Source: Actinomycetota bacterium
Lineage (GTDB): Bacteria; Actinomycetota; Acidimicrobiia; IMCC26256; PALSA-555
Reading direction: 5' to 3'
Assembly (NCBI GenBank): GCA_016870595.1
Contig: VGBI01000002.1
Location: forward strand, 10,623 to 74,622
DNA length: 64,000 nucleotides
This document shows positions 55,620 to 63,562 of the stretch, piece after piece. The translations under genes were made by a program, and so were the position numbers. The notes under the pieces are model-generated. The model made no database searches. It worked only from the letters and a program-made list of their open reading frames with translations, and was not told the DNA's origin. How positions within the stretch are numbered: the first letter of the stretch is position 1; each line of letters begins with the position of its first letter.

Positions 55620-57515
55620 ATGGCGAAGGCGCCGCCCGCCGCATCCCGGACCGTCCGACGCCGTCGGACCCACGCGCCCCGGAGCCACGCCGCGCCCCGG
55701 GGCCCCGCGCGCACCGCCGTTGGGTGGGTCGCCGCCCTCGCGGTCCTCGTCCTGGTCGCGGGTGGAGCGCTGATCGGCCCCCTGGCCGGCCCTGCGGCGG
55801 CGCACGCGAGCGTGGTCGCCACCGCGCCGGGCCCCGCCGAGGTGGTGGAGCGGCCGCCGACCTCGGTCTCGGTCGAGTTCACCGAGGCGGTGGACCCGCG
55901 CCTCGGTGGGGTCGTCGTCTACGACGGCCGGGGACTGCGCGTCGGGAGCGGGCGGGTGCGCCAGCCGACGCCCGAGCGTCTCGTGCTCCCCCTCCGGGGC
56001 GACCTGGGCGACGGCACCTACATCATGACGTGGCGGGTCGTGTCCGCGGACGGCCACACCGTCCAGGGCACCTCGACCTTCCGGGTCGGATTCGGGGGCG
56101 CGGCGCCCGAGGACGTGTCGGCGCTCGCGGCCGGGCTGCTCGCGGGTCAGCGGGCCGACCCGTCGGTTGCGTTCGCCTGGGGATTCACGCGCTGGGCGGT
56201 GTTCGCCGGGCTCGCGTTGCTCGTCGGGGGCGCCGTCTTCGCCGCTGCGGTCTGGCCGCCCGCCCGCGACGCGCGCGCGACCCGGCGGATCGTCCTCGCG
56301 GGCTGGGTCGGGCTCACGCTCGCCACCGCGGTGGGAATCCCCCTGTTCGGTGCGTATTCGCGTGGTGGCGGACCGACCGAGATCCTCGATCCCGGCGTCT
56401 GGCGCGACGCAGTCGCGACGCGCCTCGGCACGATCTGGCTCGTTCGGCTGGGGTTGCTCGTGATCGCGTTCGGGCTCCTGCGGGTCCTGGTCCGGGCCCG
56501 GCCTGCGGACCGGGTGGGTCTCCCGCGCGGGTGGTGGCCGGTTGCCGCGGTGGTCGGGCTCGCGCTCGTGAGCACGCCCGGGCTCGCCGGTCACGCGTCG
56601 ACCGGTGACCTCCCCGCGCTCGCCGTGGTCGCCGACGCCGCCCACACCGCGGCGATGGCCGTGTGGATCGGCGGGCTGGTCGTGCTCGCGGCCACGGTGC
56701 TGCCCGGGCGGACGGTGGCGAGGATGCAACCGGCGATCGACCGGTTCTCCCGGGTCGCGCTGGTCAGCGTCGGGGTGCTCGTGGTCACCGGCACGTACCA
56801 GTCCTGGCGTCTCCTGGGCGGTTTCGCCGCGCTGCGCGAGGACGACTTCGGCCGGCTGCTGGTGGTGAAGATCGTGTGCTTCGGCGCCATGGTGGTGGTC
56901 GCCTCCTTCAGCCGGGAGATCGTGGCCCGGTTCGACGGCGCGGCGCCCGCCGCCGAGCCGGTGGGCGCAGGGCGTCGGGCCCGGGGTCCGCTGCCCGTGG
57001 TCCGGGGTGCGGCGGTCGACCTCGCCGAGCGCCCACCGGACGACGCCGCGGGCGCTCCCGACCCCGCGCGCGAGGTGCGCCGTCTGCGCCGGTCAGTCGG
57101 GCTCGAGGTCGTGCTCGCCGCGCTCGTGCTCGCCGTCACGGCGCTGCTCGTGAACACGTCGCCCCCCGCCGACGGGGCTGCGTTCCGCGAGGGCGTCGCC
57201 GGCGTCCGCGTCGAGGACCCCCAGGTGACGTTCGACCTCACGGTCCTGCCGGGTCGGGCCGGGATCAACGATCTGCACGTGACCACGTTCTCGCCCGCCG
57301 GAACCCCGCTGCCGGTCGCCGCGGTCGAACTCCGGCTCGCCCTCCCGGCCCGCGACCTCCCGCCGCTCGTCGTGCCGCTGCGCCAGCTGGCACCGGGCCA
57401 CTACCTCTCTCCAGGGCTCGACATCCCGTTCGCCGGCGCCTGGCGGGTCGAGGCCACGATCCGGATCACCGCCGTGGACCGCGTCGACCTCACCGGCATC
57501 CTGAAGATCCGCTGA
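55620..57515 (+). CDS. CopC-CopD fusion copper resistance/import protein (YcnJ-like) with C-terminal YtkA/FixH-like domain
   Basis: The signal peptide ends AAAHA. The CopC domain reads SVVATAPGPAEVVERPP...YIMTWRVVSADGHTVQG, followed by about 8 TM CopD segments. Confidence 0.85.
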   Translation: MAKAPPAASRTVRRRRTHAPRSHAAPRGPARTAVGWVAALAVLVLVAGGALIGPLAGPAAAHASVVATAPGPAEVVERPPTSVSVEFTEAVDPRLGGVVVYDGRGLRVGSGRVRQPTPERLVLPLRGDLGDGTYIMTWRVVSADGHTVQGTSTFRVGFGGAAPEDVSALAAGLLAGQRADPSVAFAWGFTRWAVFAGLALLVGGAVFAAAVWPPARDARATRRIVLAGWVGLTLATAVGIPLFGAYSRGGGPTEILDPGVWRDAVATRLGTIWLVRLGLLVIAFGLLRVLVRARPADRVGLPRGWWPVAAVVGLALVSTPGLAGHASTGDLPALAVVADAAHTAAMAVWIGGLVVLAATVLPGRTVARMQPAIDRFSRVALVSVGVLVVTGTYQSWRLLGGFAALREDDFGRLLVVKIVCFGAMVVVASFSREIVARFDGAAPAAEPVGAGRRARGPLPVVRGAAVDLAERPPDDAAGAPDPAREVRRLRRSVGLEVVLAALVLAVTALLVNTSPPADGAAFREGVAGVRVEDPQVTFDLTVLPGRAGINDLHVTTFSPAGTPLPVAAVELRLALPARDLPPLVVPLRQLAPGHYLSPGLDIPFAGAWRVEATIRITAVDRVDLTGILKIR

Positions 57516-58192
57516 TGAACACCGTCGACCTCGCCAACACCTTCTTCACGCTGTGCACGCTCCTCGCCAACGCCGTCGTCGTGGTCGCGCTGGTGGGAGG
57601 GCTGCTGGCGTGGGTGGTCCCGGCCCTCCGCCCCGCTGCGGCCCGGGTCGTCGACGCGGTGGGCCCTTCGGCCCGGGCCCTGGCGGCGACGGTCGCGGTG
57701 ACGGCCACGCTCGGCAGCCTCTACTACTCGGAGATCGCCGACTTCGTCCCCTGCCGCCTGTGCTGGTTCCAGCGGATCTGCATGTACCCCCTGGCGGTGG
57801 TCCTGGTGGTCGGCCTGGTGCTGCGGGACACCCGGGCCCGCTGGTACGCCGCTCCGTTCGTCGTCGTCGGGGCCCCGCTCGCCCTCTACCACTGGCTGAT
57901 GGAACGGGGCGTCTTCGCCGAGAGCACCGCCTGCTCGGCCACGGTTCCCTGCGCAGTGCCCTGGTTCGAGGAACTCGGATACGTCACGCTGGCGTTCATG
58001 GCGATGAGCGGCTTCCTCCTGATCGGGACCCTGCTGGTCGTCGACGGGATCTGGGACCGGCGGGCGGGTGCCGCCACCCCGGATTCCCCCGGCGCCGGCC
58101 CCGCCGGGGACCATGGGGAGCCCGCCGACACCACGATCACCCCCAAGACCATCCAGAACCCGACGACCCCGACGACGGAGCGCACGCGATGA
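57515..58192 (+). CDS. DsbB/BdbC-type disulfide bond formation protein
   Basis: FVPCRLCWFQRICMYP plus a second Cys pair TACSATVPC; 4 TM. TGATG coupling to copCD. Confidence 0.8.
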   Translation: MNTVDLANTFFTLCTLLANAVVVVALVGGLLAWVVPALRPAAARVVDAVGPSARALAATVAVTATLGSLYYSEIADFVPCRLCWFQRICMYPLAVVLVVGLVLRDTRARWYAAPFVVVGAPLALYHWLMERGVFAESTACSATVPCAVPWFEELGYVTLAFMAMSGFLLIGTLLVVDGIWDRRAGAATPDSPGAGPAGDHGEPADTTITPKTIQNPTTPTTERTR

Positions 58193-58920
58193 GCCCCAAG
58201 CCCTCGAACCCCTCGACCCGCACCAAGTCGAAGCGTCCGGCCGTCCGGCGGACGGGCAACCGGTGGGTCTTCCCGGCGGTGGTCGCCGGGGTCGCCGCCC
58301 TCGGCATCCTCGCCGTGGTCCTGACCGCTGCGGGCGACGGGGGCGGCTCGGGGTCCGACGCCGACGCCGTGCAGATCGCCGCAGAGGTCCGCGTGGACGG
58401 CGTCGCGCTCCCGCAGTACACCACCCCCGCCCGTGACAATGCGCTGGGCCGGCCCGCCCCGGCGCTCGGGTCGGTCGACTTCGACGGCCGCAACGTCGAG
58501 GTGGGCGGCGCAACCGGCTCGCCCTACGCCGTGGTCTTCCTCGCGCACTGGTGCCCGCACTGCCAGGCCGAGGTCCCGCGGCTCGTGGCCGCCGCCCAGA
58601 ACGGCCGGATCGCAGGCGTGCCCGTCATCGGGGTGACCACCGACACGACTGACGCCCAGCCGAACTACCCGCCGAGCGCCTGGCTGGCCCGCGAGGACTG
58701 GCCCTTCCCGGTGCTCGTCGACGACGCCAACGGCTCGGCAGCGAAGGCCTACGGGCTCGGTGGCTACCCGTTCATGGTGTTCGTCGACGCCAACGGCACG
58801 GTCGTCGGTCGCCACTCGGGGGAGATGTCGGAGTCCGACCTCGCGGCCGTGTTCACCGCACTGGCGGCCGGGAAGCCGCTCCCGCTCCCCGGCACGGGCG
58901 CGTCGTCCTCGACGAAGTAG
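58189..58920 (+). CDS. Membrane-anchored TlpA/ResA-like thiol:disulfide oxidoreductase
   Basis: The thioredoxin motif is FLAHWCPHCQAE. ATGA overlap with dsbB. Confidence 0.85.
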   Translation: MSPKPSNPSTRTKSKRPAVRRTGNRWVFPAVVAGVAALGILAVVLTAAGDGGGSGSDADAVQIAAEVRVDGVALPQYTTPARDNALGRPAPALGSVDFDGRNVEVGGATGSPYAVVFLAHWCPHCQAEVPRLVAAAQNGRIAGVPVIGVTTDTTDAQPNYPPSAWLAREDWPFPVLVDDANGSAAKAYGLGGYPFMVFVDANGTVVGRHSGEMSESDLAAVFTALAAGKPLPLPGTGASSSTK

Positions 58921-58968
58921 AGGACCGGGGAGGCGCCGAGCGCGACGAACGGGGAGTCGCCGGCGCGG

Positions 58969-59463
58969 TCAGGGCTCGACGCACGCGCGGCACAGCCCGA
59001 CGAGGTCGATGCGGTGGCCGGTCGTCCGGAACCCTGCGGCCCGCTCCACCTCCGCGATCGCCCGGTGCACCGCCTGCTCGACCGCGTCGACGGCCGGCGC
59101 GTCCTCCACCGCGCCGCAGCGCGAGCAGATGAGGTGGTGGTGATGGTGACCGGTGAGGTCCTCGGTCAACTCGAACCGGGCGAACTCGGCGTTGGTCACG
59201 ATGCGGTGGACGATGCCGGCCTGCTCGAGCACGACGAGGTTGCGGTACACCGAGCTCTGGGCCAGGGCCGGATCGAGGTCGAGGATCTCGGGGATCGTGA
59301 GGGGGCGCCCCGCCCCTGCGAGCACCTCGCACACGGCGGTGCGGGTCGGGGTGCAGCGTTGCCCGGTCCGTTCGAGGCGAAGGGCGACAGCGTCGTGCAG
59401 TGCCGGCGCCAGCGGCGCCGGTGGGCCCCCGGGACGCCGGGTCGCGGCGGCGCGGCGGGGCAT
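58969..59463 (-). CDS. Fur family metalloregulator
   Basis: RCTPTRTAVCEVL...HHHHHLICSRCG...GLCRAC (the CxxC pairs). Confidence 0.88.
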   Translation of the reverse strand: MPRRAAATRRPGGPPAPLAPALHDAVALRLERTGQRCTPTRTAVCEVLAGAGRPLTIPEILDLDPALAQSSVYRNLVVLEQAGIVHRIVTNAEFARFELTEDLTGHHHHHLICSRCGAVEDAPAVDAVEQAVHRAIAEVERAAGFRTTGHRIDLVGLCRACVEP

Positions 59464-59513
59464 GCCCGGAGTGTACGAGCGACCGTGGACCGCCGAGCGG
59501 GTACGGTCCGCGG

Positions 59514-60227
59514 GTGGACGTCCAGGAGCGGTTCCGGGAGCTGGTGGCGGGACCCGAGTCGGCGATCCCGCTCGACGAGGCGGCGCTGCTCGTCGCCGCC
59601 GCCGATCACCCGGTGGACGTCGCGGCCGAGCTCGACGCGCTCGACGCGCTCGCCCACGGCCTCGTCGGCGTGGCGACCGACCCGCGGTCCCTCGCGGCGG
59701 CGCTCTTCGGCGACGGGGGCTTCACGGGGAACGCGGGCGACTACGGCGATCCGCGCAACTCCTACCTCGACGAGGTGCGTCGCCGACGTCTGGGCATCCC
59801 GATCACCCTGAGCGTGGTGATGATCGAGGTGGGGCGCCGGCTGGGGATCCCGCTGGTGGGGATCGGGATGCCCGGGCACTTTCTCGTCGGCGCCGGCACC
59901 GGCACCGGGGCCGGGGCCGGGGGTCACGACGACGCCGTCTACATCGATCCGTTCCACGGCGGCGAGTGCTTCGACCGTGCCGGGGCCCGGGCGCGCTTCG
60001 AGCGGCTGCACCCGGGGGCGCCGTTCGTCGACCGCTACCTCGAGCCGGTCGGGACCCGGGCCGTGCTCGCGCGGATGCTGGCCAACCTCGTGGCCGCGCA
60101 CCTCGCCCGCGACCCGCTGCGTGCGGTCGCCCCCCTGCGGCTGCGCCTCGGGCTCCCCGACCTCCCGCCGGCCGACCGGCGCCAGACGGAGGCCGCGCTG
60201 GTGCGCCTGCGGGCCCGGATGAACTGA
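59514..60227 (+). CDS. Transglutaminase-like/SirB1 (UPF0162) family protein
   Basis: YGDPRNSYLDEVRRRRLGIPITLSVVMIEVGRRLGIPLVGIGMPGHFLV. GTG 59514 is in frame with listed ORF 59400..60227. Confidence 0.7.
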   Translation: MDVQERFRELVAGPESAIPLDEAALLVAAADHPVDVAAELDALDALAHGLVGVATDPRSLAAALFGDGGFTGNAGDYGDPRNSYLDEVRRRRLGIPITLSVVMIEVGRRLGIPLVGIGMPGHFLVGAGTGTGAGAGGHDDAVYIDPFHGGECFDRAGARARFERLHPGAPFVDRYLEPVGTRAVLARMLANLVAAHLARDPLRAVAPLRLRLGLPDLPPADRRQTEAALVRLRARMN

Positions 60228-60241
60228 GCGGACCGGTGCCC

Positions 60242-60286
60242 GACGAGCCGACGAGCGACGAGCCGACGAGCGACGAGCCGACGAGC
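60242..60286. repeat. 15-bp tandem repeat GACGAGCCGACGAGC x3 (would encode DEPTS x3)
   Basis: Read directly. It is either intergenic or an N-terminal extension of the Lon-N-domain gene if GTG 60236 is used. Confidence 0.88.
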
Positions 60287-60319
60287 GGCCCCTCCGACGC
60301 GACCGGTCGGGAGGTGCCG

Positions 60320-60919
60320 ATGTTCCCGCTCGGCAGCGTGCTGTTCCCGCGCGCCGTGCTCCCGCTGCACGTCTTCGAGCCCCGGTACCGGGCGCTGGTG
60401 ACCCACTGCCTGACCGCCGAGGTGCCGTTCGGGGTCGTGCTGATCGAGCGGGGCCACGAGGTCGGTGGTGGTGACACCCGCTTCGCGGTCGGCACGCTCG
60501 CCCGGATCGTCCAGGCCGCAGAGACCCCCGACGGGCGGTGGGCGGTGGTCGCGGTCGGCACCGAGCGCGTGCGGGTGGTCGAGTGGCGCCCCGACGATCC
60601 CTTCCCGCGCGCCCTGGTCGTGCCCCGGCCCGAGCGCCCGTCCGCACGCGACGCGACCGTGGCGGTCTCGTCGGCCCGCGCGGCGTTGGTCCGGGTCCAC
60701 GCGCTGCGCGCCGAGCTCGGACTCCCCGCTCCGGCGGGCGACGTCCTCGCGGGCACCGACGTCGCCGAGGCGGCGTGGGAGGCGGCGATCCTCGCGCCGG
60801 TCGGCCCGCTCGACGCGTACGCCCTCCTCGACCTCGACGATCCCGTCGACCGGCTCGAGCGGGTGACCGCCCTCCTCGAGGACGAGATCGCGGTCCTGCA
60901 GTTCCGGCTGTCCGGATGA
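60320..60919 (+). CDS. Lon protease N-terminal (LON substrate-binding/PUA-like) domain protein
   Basis: The protein begins MFPLGSVLFPRAVLPLHVFEPRYRALV. GGGAGG lies 5 nt before ATG 60320. Confidence 0.8.
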   Translation: MFPLGSVLFPRAVLPLHVFEPRYRALVTHCLTAEVPFGVVLIERGHEVGGGDTRFAVGTLARIVQAAETPDGRWAVVAVGTERVRVVEWRPDDPFPRALVVPRPERPSARDATVAVSSARAALVRVHALRAELGLPAPAGDVLAGTDVAEAAWEAAILAPVGPLDAYALLDLDDPVDRLERVTALLEDEIAVLQFRLSG

Positions 60920-60939
60920 GGGCGGCCTAGATTCGCCCG

Positions 60940-61170
60940 ATGGACGAGCCCGCCCCCGTGAACGCCCCGGATGTCCCGGAGGCCGCGGACGCCCCGGATG
61001 TCCCGGAGGCCGCGGACGCCCCGGGAGCCGCAGCGCCGCCCGACCCTGACGTGCGGGCCCCGTCGACGGACGCGCTCGACCGGATGGAGGCCGAGCTCGC
61101 AGCGATCGAGGCCGATCTCGCCGCGCTCGAGGCGGGCGACGGGGCCGACGGCGCCGGGAGCGACGGCTGA
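60940..61170 (+). CDS. Small acidic Ala/Pro/Asp-rich protein (76 aa) with C-terminal amphipathic helix
   Basis: It is a listed ORF with an internal 27-bp duplication (APDVPEAAD x2). No family was recognised. Confidence 0.45.
   Translation: MDEPAPVNAPDVPEAADAPDVPEAADAPGAAAPPDPDVRAPSTDALDRMEAELAAIEADLAALEAGDGADGAGSDG
60964..61024. repeat. 27-bp in-frame tandem repeat GCCCCGGATGTCCCGGAGGCCGCGGAC x2.3
   Basis: Read directly inside the small acidic ORF. Confidence 0.88.
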
Positions 61171-61175
61171 GCGAG

Positions 61176-61439
61176 GTGCGGGTCCGGCTGTTCGCCGCGG
61201 CCCGGGAGACGGCGGGCCGGGCCCACGACACCGTCGATCCGGCCCAGGCGGCCACCGTGGAGGAGGCGTGTGCCGTCCTCCGGGCGCGCTACGGCCCGGG
61301 CTTCGCCGCGGTCCTCGACGCCTCCCGGGTGTGGGTCAACGGCGACGAGCCCGAGGCCGGCGGGGCGACCCCGCTGGGGCCCGGGGACGAGCTCGCCGTG
61401 CTCCCGCCCGTCAGTGGGGGGGCCGGTCCGAGCCGCTAA
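61176..61439 (+). CDS. MoaD/ThiS-family ubiquitin-like sulfur carrier with C-terminal extension after GG
   Basis: VRLFAAARE.AG......VNGDEPEAGGATPLGPGDELAVLPPVSGG followed by AGPSR. Confidence 0.72.
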   Translation: MRVRLFAAARETAGRAHDTVDPAQAATVEEACAVLRARYGPGFAAVLDASRVWVNGDEPEAGGATPLGPGDELAVLPPVSGGAGPSR

Positions 61440-61451
61440 CGTGCCCGGATC

Positions 61452-62567
61452 GTGCGTTGGACGCCCCTCCCCGCCGTCGTCCGGCTGGGGCTGCCCCTGG
61501 TGGCCCTGAGCCTCGCCCTGGCCTCCGCTCCGGTCGGTGCGGCGCTCGGCGCGCAGACCAACGGGACCGGCGGGACCGGCGCGACCTCCGCCCCGGCGTC
61601 CGGATCGGTGGCCGAGCTCGAGCAGCGGCTCCGGGAGGCCCAGTCGGCCTCCAACGCCGCCGCCGCCCGGTACCAGCGGGCCACCGCGAGCCTCGAGACC
61701 CTGGTCGACGAGATCGCCGGCGTGGAGCGCCGGATCGCGGCCGGCCGGGAGCGGGCGGGCGAGCTTCGACTCATCGCCGTGAACCGTGCCGTCACCGCGT
61801 ACAAGCAGCGCGACGGGGGCAGCGGCGCGCCGTCGCCCGTGCTCGGCAGTGGCGACGTCATGCGCCAGGTCCGGCGCAACACCCTGCTCGAGCTGGCCAA
61901 CGCGAAGGACAACGCCGCCATCGCCGAGCTGCGTGCGCTGGAGGAGGACCTCGGGGTCCAGAAGGCCGACCTCGCGTCCAAGCGCGCCGACGCCGAGCGG
62001 CTCGTCACCCGGCTCGACGCCGAGCGGGCCACGCTCGCCGCGACCGTGGCCGACGCCCAGTCCGCCTACGACGCGCTGGTCGAGCGCCTCGCCCGCGAAG
62101 CGGCGTCCCGGGCCGAGGCCGAGCGGCGCGCGCGGCTGGCGGCGGCCAAGGCCTCGCGTGAGGCCAACGCGGCTCCGCCGGGCACCCCGGTGGCCGGGTT
62201 CCAGTGCCCGGTGCGGGGCACGTTCACCAACGACTTCGGCGACCCCCGCTCGGGTGGTCGGGTCCACGCCGGCATCGACATCTTCGCCGCCACCGGCACG
62301 CCGCTCTTCGCGGTCAAGTCGGGATCGGTCTCGTTCGCCCAGGAAGGGGCGGGCGGCAACGCCGTGTACCTCTCGGGTTCCGACGGTAACACCTACTACT
62401 ACGCGCACCTCTCGTCGTACGCGGGGAGCTCGCGGTCGGTGGCCCAGGGCGAGGTCATCGGATACGTCGGGCAGACCGGCAACGCCTCCGCCCCGCACCT
62501 GCACTTCGAGATCCGCACCCCGGGCGGGATCGTGAACCCGTACGCGTCGCTCACCGCGTCCTGCTGA
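61452..62567 (+). CDS. Secreted coiled-coil M23 metallopeptidase (paralog of 50101..51240)
   Basis: HAGIDIFAA...GQTGNASAPHLHFEI. It has the same architecture as the paralog, including the C-terminal NPY..S....C ending. Confidence 0.85.
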   Translation: MRWTPLPAVVRLGLPLVALSLALASAPVGAALGAQTNGTGGTGATSAPASGSVAELEQRLREAQSASNAAAARYQRATASLETLVDEIAGVERRIAAGRERAGELRLIAVNRAVTAYKQRDGGSGAPSPVLGSGDVMRQVRRNTLLELANAKDNAAIAELRALEEDLGVQKADLASKRADAERLVTRLDAERATLAATVADAQSAYDALVERLAREAASRAEAERRARLAAAKASREANAAPPGTPVAGFQCPVRGTFTNDFGDPRSGGRVHAGIDIFAATGTPLFAVKSGSVSFAQEGAGGNAVYLSGSDGNTYYYAHLSSYAGSSRSVAQGEVIGYVGQTGNASAPHLHFEIRTPGGIVNPYASLTASC

Positions 62568-62605
62568 GCCGTCGGTGGCCGCGGGGCCACTGATACCCTC
62601 ACCCC

Positions 62606-63145
62606 GTGAGCGAGCCGTCCGGGAGCCCGCCGCCGGGCGGGATGGCGCGTCGGCGCATCGACGTCGTGCTCGCGCCCGACTACCTGGTCGATCTCGCCGG
62701 TTGCGCCGACGACCGCCTGCGGACCATGCACGAGGAGTGCATGGAGATCGAGACCGAGGTCTCGTACGTGCGTCGGCTCGCGCAGGCCCGGATCGAGATC
62801 ATCGACGCCGAGACCCACCGGCGGGCCACGGGCGGCAGCGTGGCCGACCTCGTGGCGGCGCTGCCGCAGATCCTCGCCGACCCCGGCCCGCGCCCGACGC
62901 CGGCGGCGGGCCGGATGCCCCGGCCGTTCGCGCCGTCGCCGGAGATCCGGTGGACCCGGGGGCGGGAGCCGCTCATCGTCGACGACACCCTCGCCAACCT
63001 GCCGGTGCTCGACGACGCGACCCTGGCCGCGACCCGCGCCGAGCTCGTCGCGCTCGAGACCGAGGTCTCGCAGCGCCGCCGCGCGCTCCACGACGTGCTC
63101 GCCGGCATCGAGGCCGAGTCGGCCCGCCGCCGGGCCGGCGGCTGA
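62606..63145 (+). CDS. RsiG-like protein (putative c-di-GMP-binding anti-sigma-type coiled coil); start GTG 62606 or ATG 62642
   Basis: There are two internally repeated helices: EIETEVSYVRRLAQARIE and ALETEVSQRRRALHDVLA. The first matches E-x3-S-x2-R-x3-Q-x3-(D/E). Confidence 0.42.
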   Translation: MSEPSGSPPPGGMARRRIDVVLAPDYLVDLAGCADDRLRTMHEECMEIETEVSYVRRLAQARIEIIDAETHRRATGGSVADLVAALPQILADPGPRPTPAAGRMPRPFAPSPEIRWTRGREPLIVDDTLANLPVLDDATLAATRAELVALETEVSQRRRALHDVLAGIEAESARRRAGG

Positions 63146-63156
63146 CGGGGCCGACC

Positions 63157-63552
63157 GTGACCGACGGCGTCGAGCAGCGCCTGCGCGACCTCGGCGAGTT
63201 CATCCGCGTCCAGCGCGAGACCGCCCGGCTCTCGCTGCGGGGACTCGCCCAGCGGACCGGCATCTCCAACCCCTACCTGAGTCAGATCGAGCGGGGTCTG
63301 CGTCGGCCGAGCGCCGAGATCCTCCAGCAGCTCGCGCGGGGCCTGGCGGTCTCGGCCGAGACGCTCTACGAGCGGGCCGGGATCCTCGACGCCCGCGACC
63401 CGGGCGGGCCCGACGACGTGGTGGCGGCCATCCGCAGGGATCCCGCGCTCGACGAGGGCCAGAAGGAGGCCCTGATCGGGGTCTACGAGTCGATGCGCCG
63501 GCCGGTGGCCGGCCGGGCGGCGTCGCCCGGGGGTCCGGCGACCGATCGGTAG
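63157..63552 (+). CDS. XRE-family helix-turn-helix transcriptional regulator
   Basis: LSLRGLAQRTGISNPYLSQIERGLRRPSAEILQQLARGL. GTG 63157 is in frame with listed ORF 62575..63552. Confidence 0.85.
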   Translation: MTDGVEQRLRDLGEFIRVQRETARLSLRGLAQRTGISNPYLSQIERGLRRPSAEILQQLARGLAVSAETLYERAGILDARDPGGPDDVVAAIRRDPALDEGQKEALIGVYESMRRPVAGRAASPGGPATDR

Positions 63553-63562
63553 GATCGGGGCG

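Noticed and set aside
59153-60919. 588-aa ORF fusing the fur-antisense region, the SirB1-like region (out of frame) and the Lon-N-domain gene
   Set aside because: It is a chimeric open frame in GC-rich DNA. Only the last 199 codons, after GGGAGG-ATG 60320, show a recognisable domain.
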